From: Octopus vulgaris
Lineage: Eukaryota
Assembly (NCBI GenBank): GCA_951406725.2
Contig: OX597836.1
Location: 4,030,001-4,094,000 of the forward strand
Reading direction: 5' to 3'
Length of the DNA: 64,000 nt
Of this stretch, positions 28,995 to 43,201 are shown one piece after another. Position numbers and translations under genes: made by a program. A model generated the notes under the pieces. The model ran no database searches and had not been told where the DNA came from. It saw nothing but the letters and a program-made list of their open reading frames with translations. Numbering within the stretch: the first letter of the stretch is position 1; each line of letters begins with the position of its first letter.

Positions 28995-29179
28995 ACATAA
29001 ACACACATACACACATGCATACTCACGTATTTCTGAATGTATGTATTCTGGAGAATAGGAGCTGTATTTCCTCAAATAACAGGGAGGACATTTTGTTCGA
29101 GCAAAGCCCTTTACGCTATAATTCAATCTCTCTAAAAACACCAGCTGGATGTATATAAATTGTAGCTTATCATCTCAAA

Positions 29180-29600
29180 TATAGCACAAGGCTCGCAATT
29201 TTTGAAGAGAATGTAAGTCGATTGTATCGACCCGCCCCTTCCCCCCGCCGTGCATGACCGGTACTTATTTTATTGGGCTCAAATGGTTGAAAGGCAAAGA
29301 TGGGTTCGGCAGAATTTGAACGGAAAATGCTACAACCCATATAGCCCGGCATCCCATAAATTTATCCAGCCCGCCTCCCTATTTCAGCCAATAATATTGG
29401 TTTCAAATTTGGCACAAGGCCAGTAATCTCAAGGGAGCGAGTAAGTAGAATTCATCGACCCCAGTGCTCAAATGGAAATTATTTTATCGACCCCCGAAAG
29501 GATGTAAAGCAAAATCGACCTCAGTGAAATTTGAACTGAAAACGTGAATGTCTCTAAGTATTTTGTCCGGCGTGCTCACCATTTTGCCAACTCGCCGCCC
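29180..29600 (-). mobile_element. Two degenerate SINE family B copies
   Basis: GCACAAGGC...ATCGACCCC...GAAAGGATG..AAATTTGAAC motifs occur twice. Confidence 0.7.
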
Positions 29601-30076
29601 TCTATCTTGCCCATAATATCGAACGTTGGAATTATTGGATAATGTTACACGATATATTTTCGAAATGATGGAAGATTTTGCGCTGCAATGTGCTCGTTAT
29701 ATCGCTCAAAGTTGACATGGGGCTAAACAAAAATCTTTAAAATCTATAATAATAACAGCAACGATGGTAATGACGAAGAATATAAAAAAAAACGAATATT
29801 TGTGTACAACATTCTTAGAGTAACTTTTGACTTGAAGACGATTTGAAGAAGAAGAAAAAATTACAGCTATTAACAGCAATATTAATGGAAAAATGAAGAA
29901 AACTGATAGCGTGATTGAATCACATGAGGAATTATAAAATATTTAACTGTACTTTATATGTCAAGTGATTTATCAAAATACATAATAAATGTATAAATAT
30001 TGCGGCATAGCGTTATTTCTTTTTCAATTTGCAGAGACATCTGTTTTAAATTATAAGAATCTGTATGAACACACAG

Positions 30077-30115
<39 letters not shown>

Positions 30116-30122
30116 CACACAC

Positions 30123-30154
<32 letters not shown>

Positions 30155-30288
30155 CATTTAATGTACAGATTTTAAAGATAGCAGCTTCTATTAGTTTCTT
30201 GCTTTTAAGACATGTGACTAGTAAGATTTATATAACTTGCATCGTCTTCACATCAAGAAGCAATTTGCAGCTCTTATCCTTATATATA

Positions 30289-30411
<123 letters not shown>

Positions 30412-30424
30412 TATATATATATAT

Positions 30425-30740
30425 TATATAAAATCCGTTCTGTCTGTCTGTCTGTGTGTCTTCTAGGATATCGGGCGTCCTACATCCGATTGCGCTCAAA
30501 TTTGATATTTAGATACCTACGGTATCAGGGACTGTATAATAATGTCACAAAATGCAGTATATTTAAGAGACCAAAACAGTAAGATACAAAAGAGATATTT
30601 TCTTCAAACTTGGCATGAAGGAAGAAAAGACTATTTAGTTTCTCAAGAAGTTTTTTTTTTTGCTTTAACGTCGTTTGACAAAACCAAAAGTTTTATCGAA
30701 ATAAAGGCATGCTTAATTATTTTTTAATGAAAGCAAAACA
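30425..30740 (+). mobile_element. Possible non-autonomous Helitron-like 5' segment
   Basis: TATATAAAATCCGTT-(CTGT)n-...CCGATTGCGCTCAAATTTG layout; no 3' hairpin or CTAG end identified. Confidence 0.35.
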
Positions 30741-30774
30741 CCGATTGCTTCTTATGTATATATATATATATAAT

Positions 30775-30805
<31 letters not shown>

Positions 30806-30920
30806 ATAAAAGGAATGGTTTAAAACTGGTAGCTTACTGTTAAAGCAAAGTCACTTTCACAGTAATTGCTAAGTATATGGCAAATGGAAGACGGACGATG
30901 GAATGTACGAGAATTTAATA

Positions 30921-31026
30921 ATCCCGACAATTGTTTCGACACATCTAGCATCGGTCTCTCTTTGCTGGGGCACTCAACAACTGAATCAGGGGGATCCGGT
31001 GGTTCAGATGTATCTTGTCAGGTGAT
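30921..31026 (-). ncRNA. Hammerhead motif, core CTGACAA (one mutation)
   Basis: Reverse complement: ATCAC-CTGACaA-GATACATCT..AGATGTGTC-GAAAC-aatt-GTC-GGGAT. Confidence 0.7.
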
Positions 31027-31107
31027 AGACAGATACAACTCATTAAACACCAATTACGACCAAATACTTATGATATGCATAACTTTGTAACAACGTCAGT
31101 AAATAAG

Positions 31108-31556
31108 GACTGCCTTATATAAAATAAACCCTCATGCAAAAAAAAATCAAAATGTCGTTAGATGAAAAGTAACATATCTTGTATATAAATATTCCGTGCA
31201 CACAAAAGAAGGGTCGTATGTTTACATTGGGCAGACGGATGATTCATTTAAGAATTGTAACCAGGTCACCACCTTTAAGACAATCAATAAGAGACATTCA
31301 ACATCTTCAACCGATTTTTGTGTGGCAACTGAAGGAGAACAAAATGAATTTGTCCATAGTAAGGCACGAGAAACTATACAATGTAATTTCCAGGAGATGC
31401 CCTCTCTGCTCCGAGGAATCCCTGTCTATTCTGTGGACTAACGAGAAGATCATTAATAGAAATTCTGAAAGACTCTCGAGATGCCTACACGCATATCAAT
31501 GTACTTTCTCACAATGCAATGGGAATGAATTTTCAGTAACCTTTAACATAATTTAA
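31108..31556 (+). pseudogene. Penelope-type GIY-YIG endonuclease remnant (frameshifted)
   Basis: LVYKYSVHTKEGSYVYIGQTDDSFKN; FVWQLKE..RRCPLCSEESLSIL..INRNSERLSRCLH across frames. Confidence 0.85.
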
Positions 31557-31925
31557 TTTACTTTAAGATATGGATGACTTAAGTTTACTTTTAACTTCTC
31601 CATTCTTACAAACACCAAGTAGAGAGTTTAACTCGTTTTGTGATTGAGTGCACCAAACCTCAAGTGTGCATGTGCTCACATTTTTGCGGAGGCTTGTATG
31701 AGCAACTGTGCCATGCCTCTTGCCCTTATATATCCATATTTGTTAGCGGTAATTTAAAAAGCCTATCTCTCTGTATTGTGTGTTCGTTTTTCTTTTGTCC
31801 CCACCTCTGATTTTATTTTTGATCTTCTATATAAACGTAGCTATTTCTTCTGTCTGGCTGCTTTTCGCTCTACAAAACAAGAAGCTTCACTGTGGAACTG
31901 CTATTTTAACGAGTTGTATCTATTT

Positions 31926-32031
31926 ATCACCTAGCGAGATACTTCTGCACCACTGGATGCTCCTGAACCAGTTGTTGAGTGTCCCACCCAAGAGGAATCG
32001 ATGCTAGATATGGCGAAACAATTGTCGTGAC
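31926..32031 (+). ncRNA. Hammerhead motif, core CTAGCGA (mutated)
   Basis: ATCAC-CTagCGA-GATACTTCT..AGATATGGC-GAAAC-aatt-GTC-GTGAC; combining it with its mate gives CTGACGA and stem I ATCAC/GTGAT. Confidence 0.7.
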
Positions 32032-32067
32032 AGATTCTCGAATATTGCACTTTTCGTCTTTCATTTG

Positions 32068-32105
<38 letters not shown>

Positions 32106-32762
32106 ATGTGTGTGTGTGTATACATATATATATATCTTTCCTTCCTTTGATCCTTCTTTCGTCCAATCTTTCCTTCTATTCTTTCTTCGTCCCATCCTTC
32201 CTTACATCCTCACTTCTTTTCTTCTTTCCTTCCTTCCCTAATCTTCCTTCATTCTAGTCTCTTTCTATTCATCTACCACTTTCGTTCCCAACATCCCCTC
32301 CCCACCATATCCACCACGCCTTCTCCCTTTCATTTATCTGAATTTTTTTTTTCTTTTTTTTGCAATTTCCCACTAATTCCAAAATTCTTGTATTTCTTTC
32401 CGCATTTTTCTTTTTATTTCTTCTTCCCTTTTGTTTCTTCATTCATTTTAACTTAATTATTTATTAATTTACCTTTAATTTCTTCTCACTTCACCTCCTC
32501 CCGCTACCTGAACGCCTCTTACAACCTGACCAATTCCTACCGCATATCTCGTTCTCCTGGACGCGATATCTGCTGCAGAAGTGAGGAAATTCCGACAATT
32601 CCCTAATTACATACATTTTCACAAAGCGTCAAACATTCATTTAATATTTCTCACTCGTTCACACCAGAATATTCTATTCTTTCGCGTTGCATTCTAGATT
32701 TCCAAAATTATCAAAACAAAAATATCAGATTGGCGAGTAATTATTGTATGGATATCGTTACG

Positions 32763-33262
32763 ATCATGATGATGTTGGTGGTGGTGACGATTGTATTGTT
32801 GCTGTTGGTGGTGGTGGTGGTAGTGGTGGTGAGATGGTGCTGGTGCTGTTGGTGATAACAGTGATAGCGGCGATGATGGTGGTGATGGTGGTGATGGCGG
32901 TGATGGTGATGGGGTGGTGGTGATAGTGTTGGTGGTGGTAACGGTGGTAATGACGGTGATGGTGGTGATGGTGGTAATGATGATGGTGGTGGTGGTGGTG
33001 GTGGTGGTAGTGACGATTGTGTTGTTGGTGGTGGTGATGGTGGTGGTGGTGGTGGTGATGATGATGATGGCGGCGATGGTAGTGACGATGGTGGTGGTGG
33101 TAGTGATGATGATAGCAGTGATGGTAGCGATGATGGTAGTGCTGGTGGTGATAGTAGTGACAATGGTGGTGGTGGTAGTGGCGATGATTGTCTGATGGTG
33201 GTGATGGTAGTGATGGTGTTGCTTGTGTGTATGATGATGGTAGCCGTAGTGGTGGTAGTGGA
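32763..33262. repeat. Compound (GGT/GAT/AGT)n trinucleotide tract
   Basis: Direct reading; source of the His/Thr/Pro/Val-rich ORFs. Confidence 0.95.
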
Positions 33263-33714
33263 GGACGACCATTTTCGCAAAAAATTCTACGCTGTTTCAC
33301 CTAAATCTGCAATCGAAGAAAATATTGATTTTTCTCGTAATATTTTTTTTCTTAATTCTTTTGTTTTGTTTCAATCATCGCCCATTCTGGAGCACCAACA
33401 TGAAAGATTTCATAATCGATCTGTATTTATTTATGCATGGCCTTTATTTCATTGATCACTAGTGTATCGAGTCAGTAATCATTTTACATAAAGTCGTTCG
33501 GTACAAAAAAATTAATCACCTTCGTTTTCACCTGTTCAGGTATGTGCGGACGAGCACATATATATGCGTGTAAACATGTAGATATAGGCATCTGTGTCTG
33601 TCTGTCTATCTGTATCTCTATCTCGTTCTCTTTTTCTTACTCTCACTCTATATCTATTTATCCCCCCCCCCGCTGTTTCTCTCTATATACACATTTTTAT
33701 CTACCACTCTTTCC

Positions 33715-33900
33715 AAGGCGACGTGTTGGCAGAAACGTTAGCACGCCGGGCGAAATACTTAACGGTATTTCCTCTATCATTACGCTCTGAGTTCAAATTC
33801 CGCCGAGGTTAACTTTGCCTTACATCCTTTCAAGGTCGATAAAATAAGTAGCCGTTGAATGCTGGTATTGATGTTATCGACCTAATCCGTGCCCCCAAAT
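33715..33900 (+). mobile_element. SINE family B
   Basis: TTGGCAGAAACGTTAGCACGCCGGGCGAAAT...GAGTTCAAATTCCGCCGAGG. Confidence 0.85.
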
Positions 33901-34801
33901 CTGCCTATCTATTTATTTGTCTATCTATCTACATAATGGATTAGAAACAAATATGCTGTGGTAGATACAATGAGATAAACTCTTATATTGTATTTTGTTG
34001 CAAAATACACTTTTTCCACCAAAAGCCAATATGAGAGTTTCTCTCGTGGTATCTACCGCAGTATAATTTGTTCTAACTGTACATCTTTTAAGTGGGGGAA
34101 TAGACATTTTCTCTCAGTATTAACACTGCCATTCGCGTTGATGTATAGTTTTTACGGAATGGATTTATCTGTTAGCTTTGACATACAAATGTCTGACAGC
34201 TGTTAGAGTAACCCCATTGACGATTTGTTCTCAGTGGTGAAGGATTGAGTAGGACCACTCACACTTGTTGGTTGGGCCTACTCAGCGGTTCGGCAAAATA
34301 ACCGATAAAATACGGACTAGTTTTGTTGCGCGCCAACAGATGACAATAAACGATCGAGTGCTTTGTGTGTGGTAGCAGTGACCTTCATAAAGTTTTGTTG
34401 AGATCCAGAGCGAATCGCAGAGGGTCCTCGACACGCTTACAAATAAAAATGAAACAACTTCAAGGCCGGATGCCAGACGTGGTAGGCACTTTGGGACAGG
34501 TGTATTGCTGCGCAAGGTGTCTCTTTGGAAAGAGATGATGTTAAAACAGGTAAAGAAGTTTTTTTTTTTTTATCAAACATAACTAGTCCTCGTAAGTACA
34601 AGGCTTGGAGTCGATTCATTTGACTAAAAGTTCTTCAAGGTGATGCTCCAGCATGGCCGCATTCTAATTAATGAAACAAGTAAAAGAAATAAAAAAAAGG
34701 GAACACTTTAATGTACACAAAACACGCGCACAAACATTGAGCGACATTGTTATATTAAATAATCCTGGTGTACACATAGAGAAACACACGAACAGCTGCC
34801 T

Positions 34802-34838
<37 letters not shown>

Positions 34839-36369
34839 TCTATTCAGAAAGTGTCATATATACAGCAATAAACATACATACATACAGAAAAGTAAACACA
34901 CCATCTCTTTTATATTCTCGAAGAAATAGATACATACATACATGGGTAAATATTTACACATATGTATATATAAAGTTTTACATACATACAGACAGACGTA
35001 AGTAACACACTGCCTAAATATCAATCTTGAGAAATTAGGCTTCTTAAAACAAGAAAGTAGAAAGGTGATTCGAAGACTAGAGATCATCACTTAAACTGTA
35101 AAAATCTGTTAGGCTTTCCAGAGGTTTATCATTGAAGAATATATGAGCATGTCTAGATATGCAACTATATGCATGAGAATATATACGTATAACAAACCAT
35201 ACAAATCTGCGCGTATACATATATACGTACATACATACATACATACATACATACATACATACATACATACAAAAATACCCTGTTAACATTCCAATGAAAG
35301 AACCTTGGATCTAGGTTAGAAACCGGCTCTTTTTCTATTGGCAAGATAACTTCAAATAAAACTGAATTATAACATATATACGTGCATACATACACGCTGC
35401 AGAAATCAGGTGCCCTCTTAACGCTGATGTGATTAGAAAAATAGAAGAAAAAACGACATTTATGGGCCATTGATAAGGAGTTTGCGAATCCAGCACCCTA
35501 AGTATACATTCAGCTTCATACCTATTATCGTTATTACTGGAACTACAGGGTACTTATCGACCCATCTGGACCAAACTATAGCTGAAATTTATTTCTTGGA
35601 GAGTAAAGAGAAATTCGTAATTCATACACTAAAATTATCATATCTGAGTATAATACAAATCTGCAAGACTTTCTTAAGTTTTAAAGGATGATGAAAAAAT
35701 AAGATGTTTTCCTTCACAACCTTGCTACCAAGAGCAAAATATATTCTAGATTAAAAACGGAAAGAAAAGAATATACATAAATACATACATGCTCACATAT
35801 ACATACATACACACATACATACATACATACATACATACATACATACATACATACATACATACATACATACATACATACATACATACATACACAGTACAAC
35901 ATACATATAAGTTAGATCGAAAAGACACACAATCTAAAACACTCACATACATAAGCAAAGAGAGTAGCTGTATACACACATACACACACTCTCTCTCTCA
36001 CACACACACAAACGCATACACATACACGTTCTCTCTCTCTCTTTCACACACACAAACAATCACACTCACACAAAAACACATACACACACAGAGTCTCATC
36101 TCTCTCTCTCTCTCTCTCTCTCTCTTCTACACAAACACACATACACAGAAACCCACAGGCAGACACAAACCAACACACACACACATACCGAAAGACATTG
36201 ACGATAACAATCACGTGACAAGTTATATTTTTCTCTTGTTTCCAACGTATTTCACCTGCGACCTCTTGATCGTTATTTATGATTTATTTGCAGTTCACAG
36301 AGAATCAGAGAATATGGACAGAGACAGTTCTGTGTAAGAGTAAGGTAGATCGATCTATACTGTATGGTC

Positions 36370-36424
<55 letters not shown>

Positions 36425-36425
36425 T

Positions 36426-36462
<37 letters not shown>

Positions 36463-36643
36463 CACACGCACATATATATATATATTTGTGTGTATATATA
36501 TATTTATACATACACATTTTTGTGTGTGTGTGTATATAAATATATTTAAATATGTATGTATATATGCATATATGTGAATATGTACCTATATCTATATCTA
36601 ACTCTATCTCTAAACACACACACATATATATGTATATACATAC

Positions 36644-36719
<76 letters not shown>

Positions 36720-37464
36720 TATATAGGCACACAAACCGACGTGTAGATAATCAATATCCTATAGTTAATGTATGTTTGTTATTAAACGCTACAAAATTAT
36801 AGTATTTCGTGCAAAAGAGATCCCTTTAAAGGCGCTATATATATACTTCTCGTTGATTTTGCGGTTCGCTTCGGGAGTAGGGCAAATGTGTGACAATGAC
36901 CAGCGGAAATAAGCTCGAAATATCGGTATTTGACGGTCTCATTCACTTGCTGGCAGACTTCATTTCGCCCTTCTTGATGTAGGCTGTCTTTTTCTTTCAT
37001 GATATCAATCTATAAAAGAATATCTTTTTGAGGAAATACTCTGGTTTTGTAACGGTTAACAACGCCCGTACATTAAAATATGTTATACTGGTTATGCTTA
37101 GATTACTGCACTACTTCACTACTTCTTTTGTTTTGCTCGTGCTACGCATTGGCTCATCAGCAAATAGATTTTGCGCTATTTGTACACACACTTCGAAATG
37201 TTGTGAATGGCTTCTTACGTAGAAGAGCATGTGACACCGATGAGTGAAATTACACGCGAAATATCGCTACCTGCTGGTTTCTCATTTCGTGTTGAAATAT
37301 GCCGCGCGGTGGTCTTAGCACTATACGTCTTCAAAAAGATCACCATTATGCGAAATAATTCTTCAGCGTTCAACAAACATACATGCATTAAGCATGACAT
37401 ATCGATAACGTCTATATTATTATTATTAAGCAACTTTTGTCACAAAATTTGAATACATGTATAT

Positions 37465-37735
37465 AAAGGGTAAAGACCCCCTTCGGTCATGATTGACCAT
37501 GGGTTTGCACCTAGAGAGTTACCCTCTGAGGCACAAGTCTGGGCAAGGTTGTTTTTTTTTTTATGGAAGACCAGTAGTCGCCCATGCATACCGGCCTCCC
37601 CTCTCCACGCCACCAGTGTTATCCAAGGGAAAGACAAAGGTCGATACAGCTTGGCACCTGTGACGTCGCAACTCATTTCTACAGCTGAGTGAACTGGAGC
37701 AACGTGAAATAAAGTGTTTTGCTCAAGAACACAAT
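37465..37735 (-). mobile_element. CORE-like SINE, central and 3' part
   Basis: Reverse complement TTGAGCAAAACACTTTATTTCACGTTGCTCCAGTTCACTCAGCTGTAGAAATGAGT resembles the CORE domain. Confidence 0.75.
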
Positions 37736-37833
37736 ATATATATATATATATGTATATATACGGAACTATGCTGTTGAGAAGCAAGGTTCTTATGACACAA
37801 ACAAGCCTGCGACACGCACACATATATACACTC

Positions 37834-37916
<83 letters not shown>

Positions 37917-37929
37917 AAAGGATAAGTTT

Positions 37930-38070
37930 TAATACTATTCCACAGTCATACCAACAATCCAAAATATCCCTATCATCAGCTGCCCCACGGATATCTTTAT
38001 GGTTTCGACACCTGACCAGTACCATTCAATCTGGTCGTGTCAACAGCACGAAAATAAGTGTTGTTTGGGT
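37930..38070 (+). repeat. Dispersed repeat family X, copy 2
   Basis: ATCATCAGCTGCCCCACGGATATC..CCATTCAATCTGGT..CAGCACGAAAATAAGTGTTGTTTGG aligns with 57443-57590. Confidence 0.7.
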
Positions 38071-38449
38071 ATAAACAAACAAACGAAAGGAACCCCAACT
38101 TATAAACACATTTATCCAATGTACAATCGTATCGATAAATATATTCCATAAGTAAATTACAACCCCTTCTAAATACGTAACGAAACAGCGACAATTCTAT
38201 TAAATCTTATATATTTATTCTTTCTCTGACTTCAATGCTGGAGTTGCAAAAGTTATATTAATGTTGATATATCATAGTTGAAATTAGTTTGCTTTCGTTC
38301 GATTGAATGACTATTTTTTTAATCTGTGCAGATTATGTGATGCAACAGCGAAACAATTTCATTCTGGAAAGGATATTAATATTACAATGCAAGTCGTAAT
38401 CTTGTTAGCAGTATCTGAAACTAATATCTATATTTAATATCGTTAATGT

Positions 38450-38850
38450 TGGCGTGGCTGTTTGGCAAGATGTTGGCTTCTCAAGTACGTGGCTCATGGT
38501 TCTGGGTTCAATTCCACTATGTAGTACATTGGAAGAAATTTGCTTTCACTATTGTCTCAGGTCTACTAAAACTGTGTTGATTCGGTAAACGGAAACGGTG
38601 CACACTCACATATACATAACTATAAAAATATGTGAGTATGTGTGTGTGTGTGTGTGTGCGCGCGCGCGCGTGTCTGTGTGTATCTGTGTGTGTGCTTGTT
38701 TGTTTCGCTCACCACTGGACAACTGATGTTGCTGTGTTTACGTCCCGATAACTTAGCGAGAACTTCAGCAAAACAGAAGCTTAGATTAAGTGCCGGACTA
38801 TAGAAAATACGTGATGGCGCCAATAACTGAAGCAATTAAATGGTAAGGGA
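38450..38850 (+). mobile_element. Degenerate full SINE family C: 5' half, (TG)n, 3' half
   Basis: Both halves occur in order, separated by a GT/GC microsatellite. Confidence 0.6.
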
Positions 38851-38882
38851 TAAAATATAAATATGTAGCATTAATTTAAACA

Positions 38883-40224
38883 GTAGAATAGATGAGGGCA
38901 ATATAATATCAGGTCTGCTAAAAAAAATTTCTTGTATATATGGCATTTGGGAAAGTGTACAACTAAAAGAAGAGAAATGTTACTCTGTAGACCTCATTAA
39001 TAGGTTTCAGTTAATCTCCCTTGTGGTTGATGTAGTGTTGTTTCTTATTATAATATATAACCTCAAAAAAATTAATGTATTGTTATATAATTTGCTTTAT
39101 TGTTGAAAAAATTATGACAGACAGCAAACGTGGGACACAGAAATTGTCAAAGTTTAAAACTATACATAAAAGCTGAATATTTAAAAATATTATTCGTTGA
39201 AAAATTCACTAAATTAAGTTTTACAAGCTTGTTGAGTGATCATATTTTGAATAATCTACTTGTTATCATCTCGATATAACCCACTATTCATGTCTAGAGA
39301 TCTTATTTGACAATCGAAAAATATATATAATTCAATAAGCTTAACAGCATTTAATCGAATCTCCTGTACAGTGCTGACATCAAAGGACACCATTTTTATA
39401 AGTCAGCCATGTATCATAAAACGTTAGCACATAGCAAAATTCCTGTCACCTTAGCACAACATATTTGGACATTTTGCGTTGGATATATTGAAACAATGTC
39501 TTACTGAAATAATGTCTTAGTTATGGTGCCGGTGAAGAGGCGTGGCTTTGTGTTTATGGGTATCCGGTTTACGATCACAGGGTCGTGAATTCGTTTCCCG
39601 GCAGTGCGTTGTGTCTTTGAGAAAAACATTTTATTCCACGGACAATGAGTCGCATTTTATTTCAAGAGCTAGCTTTTTTACATTCAGTATCACATGCAAT
39701 CTCCCTGGGTACTACGTTAAGAGTACGCGTGTCTCTGGAGCGCTTTGCCACAGAGCAGGGTGATCCGTTGATCAGATCGACTGGATCACTAACTATTGTG
39801 ATCGGCAGAAAGCCAGGCCGGTGTGGTATATCCACAGGAAATTTCGGACCAAGGACATCAGAGCGATCATCTTGTCATGTCAAGAGACAAAACACGCACA
39901 ATACCTATAAAACACTGTGTTCGTCTCATCATTAATTCAAGAGGATGTAACTGTTATATCGAGCTTGTTAAACAAATGCGCAGAAGCTATTTTAATGAAA
40001 AGGATCATTAAGTATTGATTAATATTGGTTATCATATACAAAATGTCGATATAGAGAACTTGTGTATAGAAAAGAAGGAGCAGGTGTCGTTGTTTTCTTA
40101 CTTCAGCTTTTATGACATTTCCGGCAGAAGCAATTTATTAATAATTATTATATAAGGCCCCTAGCACCAATGCACGTATGTATGTATGTATATCTATCTC
40201 GGTATATATATATACATACATACA

Positions 40225-40291
<67 letters not shown>

Positions 40292-41988
40292 GCAAAACAC
40301 ACACTCATATATATGTACATTGTTTATATATATATATATTTATATATATATATATATATATATATAAACATATACCATATACGTGTATATATATACACAC
40401 GTATGTATGAATGCGTGTGTATATGCATATATGTAGATACGTGTGTGCATATGTAAATATACGTTACAATATATTTCACGTGTTTGTGTATATACATGTG
40501 TGTGTGAGAGTATATAATTTGTGTGTCTGTGTGTATGTGAGAGTGTACTTCGTAGGCGTGCATACACATTTGCCTACGCTGCATACACAAACTGAAGCCC
40601 TTCAAATTGTAACAATTAATTTCGCGTTATCGGTCTTCAGGCAAATGTAGAATAGATGAGGGCAATATAATATCAGGTCTGCTAAAAAAAATTTCTTGTA
40701 TATATGGCATTTGGGAAAGTGTACAACTAAAAGAAGAGAAATGTTACTCTGTAGACCTCATTAATAGGTTTCAGTTAATCTCCCTTGTGGTTGATGTAGT
40801 GTTGTTTCTTATTATAATATATAACCTCAAAAAAATTAATGTATTGTTATATAATTTGCTTTATTGTTGAAAAAATTATGACAGACAGCAAACGTGGGAC
40901 ACAGAAATTGTCAAAGTTTAAAACTATACATAAAAGCTGAATATTTAAAAATATTATTCGTTGAAAAATTCACTAAATTAAGTTTTACAAGCTTGTTGAG
41001 TGATCATATTTTGAATAATCTACTTGTTATCATCTCGATATAACCCACTATTCATGTCTAGAGATCTTATTTGACAATCGAAAAATATATATAATTCAAT
41101 AAGCTTAACAGCATTTAATCGAATCTCCTGTACAGTGCTGACATCAAAGGACACCATTTTTATAAGTCAGCCATGTATCATAAAACGTTAGCACATAGCA
41201 AAATTCCTGTCACCTTAGCACAACATATTTGGACATTTTGCGTTGGATATATTGAAACAATGTCTTACTGAAATAATGTCTTAGTTATGGTGCCGGTGAA
41301 GAGGCGTGGCTTTGTGTTTATGGGTATCCGGTTTACGATCACAGGGTCGTGAATTCGTTTCCCGGCAGTGCGTTGTGTCTTTGAGAAAAACATTTTATTC
41401 CACGGACAATGAGTCGCATTTTATTTCAAGAGCTAGCTTTTTTACATTCAGTATCACATGCAATCTCCCTGGGTACTACGTTAAGAGTACGCGTGTCTCT
41501 GGAGCGCTTTGCCACAGAGCAGGGTGATCCGTTGATCAGATCGACTGGATCACTAACTATTGTGATCGGCAGAAAGCCAGGCCGGTGTGGTATATCCACA
41601 GGAAATTTCGGACCAAGGACATCAGAGCGATCATCTTGTCATGTCAAGAGACAAAACACGCACAATACCTATAAAACACTGTGTTCGTCTCATCATTAAT
41701 TCAAGAGGATGTAACTGTTATATCGAGCTTGTTAAACAAATGCGCAGAAGCTATTTTAATGAAAAGGATCATTAAGTATTGATTAATATTGGTTATCATA
41801 TACAAAATGTCGATATAGAGAACTTGTGTATAGAAAAGAAGGAGCAGGTGTCGTTGTTTTCTTACTTCAGCTTTTATGACATTTCCGGCAGAAGCAATTT
41901 ATTAATAATTATTATATAAGGCCCCTAGCACCAATGCACGTATGTATGTATGTATATCTATCTCGGTATATATATATACATACATACA

Positions 41989-42055
<67 letters not shown>

Positions 42056-42414
42056 GCAAAACACACACTCATATATATGTACATTGTTTATATATATATA
42101 TATTTATATATATATATATATATATATATAAACATATACCATATACGTGTATATATATACACACGTATGTATGAATGCGTGTGTATATGCATATATGTAG
42201 ATACGTGTGTGCATATGTAAATATACGTTACATATATATTTCACGTGTTTGTGTATATACATGTGTGTGTGAGAGTATATAATTTGTGTGTCTGTGTGTA
42301 TGTGAGAGTGTACTTCGTAGGCGTGCATACACATTTGCCTACGCTGCATACACAAACTGAAGCCCTTCAAATTGTAACAATTAATTTCGCGTTATCGGTC
42401 TTCAGGCAAATGTA
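38883..42414. repeat. Direct tandem duplication with a 1764-bp unit (38883-40646 and 40647-42411)
   Basis: The ORF track repeats at offset 1764; I saw only one 1-nt indel (near 40469 vs 42233); GTA microhomology at the junction. Confidence 0.97.
39533..39830 (+). mobile_element. Degenerate CORE-like SINE (duplicated at 41297-41594)
   Basis: TGAAGAGGCGTGGCTT..GTGTCTTTGAGAAAAACATTTTATTCCACG..ACTACGTTAAGAGTACGCGTGTC; 3' part shared with 45860-46010. Confidence 0.7.
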
Positions 42415-42637
42415 AAAATTGAATACAACAACCACTTTAAATAATAGATGGAATAAAACACTTTTTTTAAAGATCGAAACATTTTTAAGAATTCTATCTT
42501 GTTAAATAAGATCTCGTGAGCGATTGCTGTTATTGTATAAATAATTGTCATTGAAAGTTTCCTTCGAGCCAAATATTTGTGACCATTTCCATGCGATATA
42601 ATATTTCTGGAAACGAGGTTATGTTCATACACATCTA

Positions 42638-42982
42638 AAGAGCTGGCAGAATCGTTAGCACGCCGGGCGAAATGCTTAGCGGTATTTCCTGTGCCGCTAC
42701 GTTCTGAGTTCAAATTCCGCCGAGGTCGACTTTGCCTTTCATCCTTTTGGGGTCGATTAAATAAGTACCAGTTACGCACTGTAGTCTATCCTTGTTTGCC
42801 CCTTCTGTGTGTAGCCCCTTGTGGGTAGTAAAGAAATAGGTATTTCGTCTGCCGTTACGTTCTGAGTTCGACTTTGTCTTTCATCATTTCTGGGTCGATT
42901 AAGCACCAATTAGGCACTGGGGTCGATATAATCGATTGTGTCCCTCACCCAAAGTTTCGGGCCTTGTGCCTAGAGTAGTAAA
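42638..42982 (+). mobile_element. SINE family B with a tandem partial second copy
   Basis: GAGCTGGCAGAATCGTTAGCACGCCGGGCGAAATGCTTAGCGG...GTCGACTTTGCCTTTCATCCTTT. Confidence 0.9.
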
Positions 42983-43165
42983 GAATATCTCTTGCTTCTT
43001 ATCTTCTCGCTTGTATATATTGATGTATGTATGTGTATATGCGCACCCACTCACACACATAGAAATATATATACTTGTATGTATACACGCACATACATGT
43101 ATACATACGTATCCCTCATTTGAAACCGTCATTCCTTACGCGTTTCTTATCTTCTTTCATCATTA

Positions 43166-43201
43166 TTTTCTGTCGAAGTGCGTAGGTTCGAAACGTCAAA
43201 G
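43166..43201 (+). ncRNA. Degenerate minimal hammerhead-like motif
   Basis: TTTT-CTGtCGA-a-GTGC-gtag-GTTC-GAAACGTC-AAAG; same layout as 27363 but core A6 is T and stem II is mismatched. Confidence 0.5.

Larger units (their letters stand above)
30800..32070 (+). mobile_element. Degenerate Penelope-like element 2: inverted pLTR, GIY-YIG remnant, pLTR
   Basis: 30868-31047 is the diverged reverse complement of 31905-32070; both carry a hammerhead; ends abut (TA)n. Confidence 0.8.

Noticed and set aside
32694-33300. His/Thr/Pro-rich ORFs resembling mucin or extensin
   Set aside because: Compound trinucleotide repeat open in several frames; no splice or domain support
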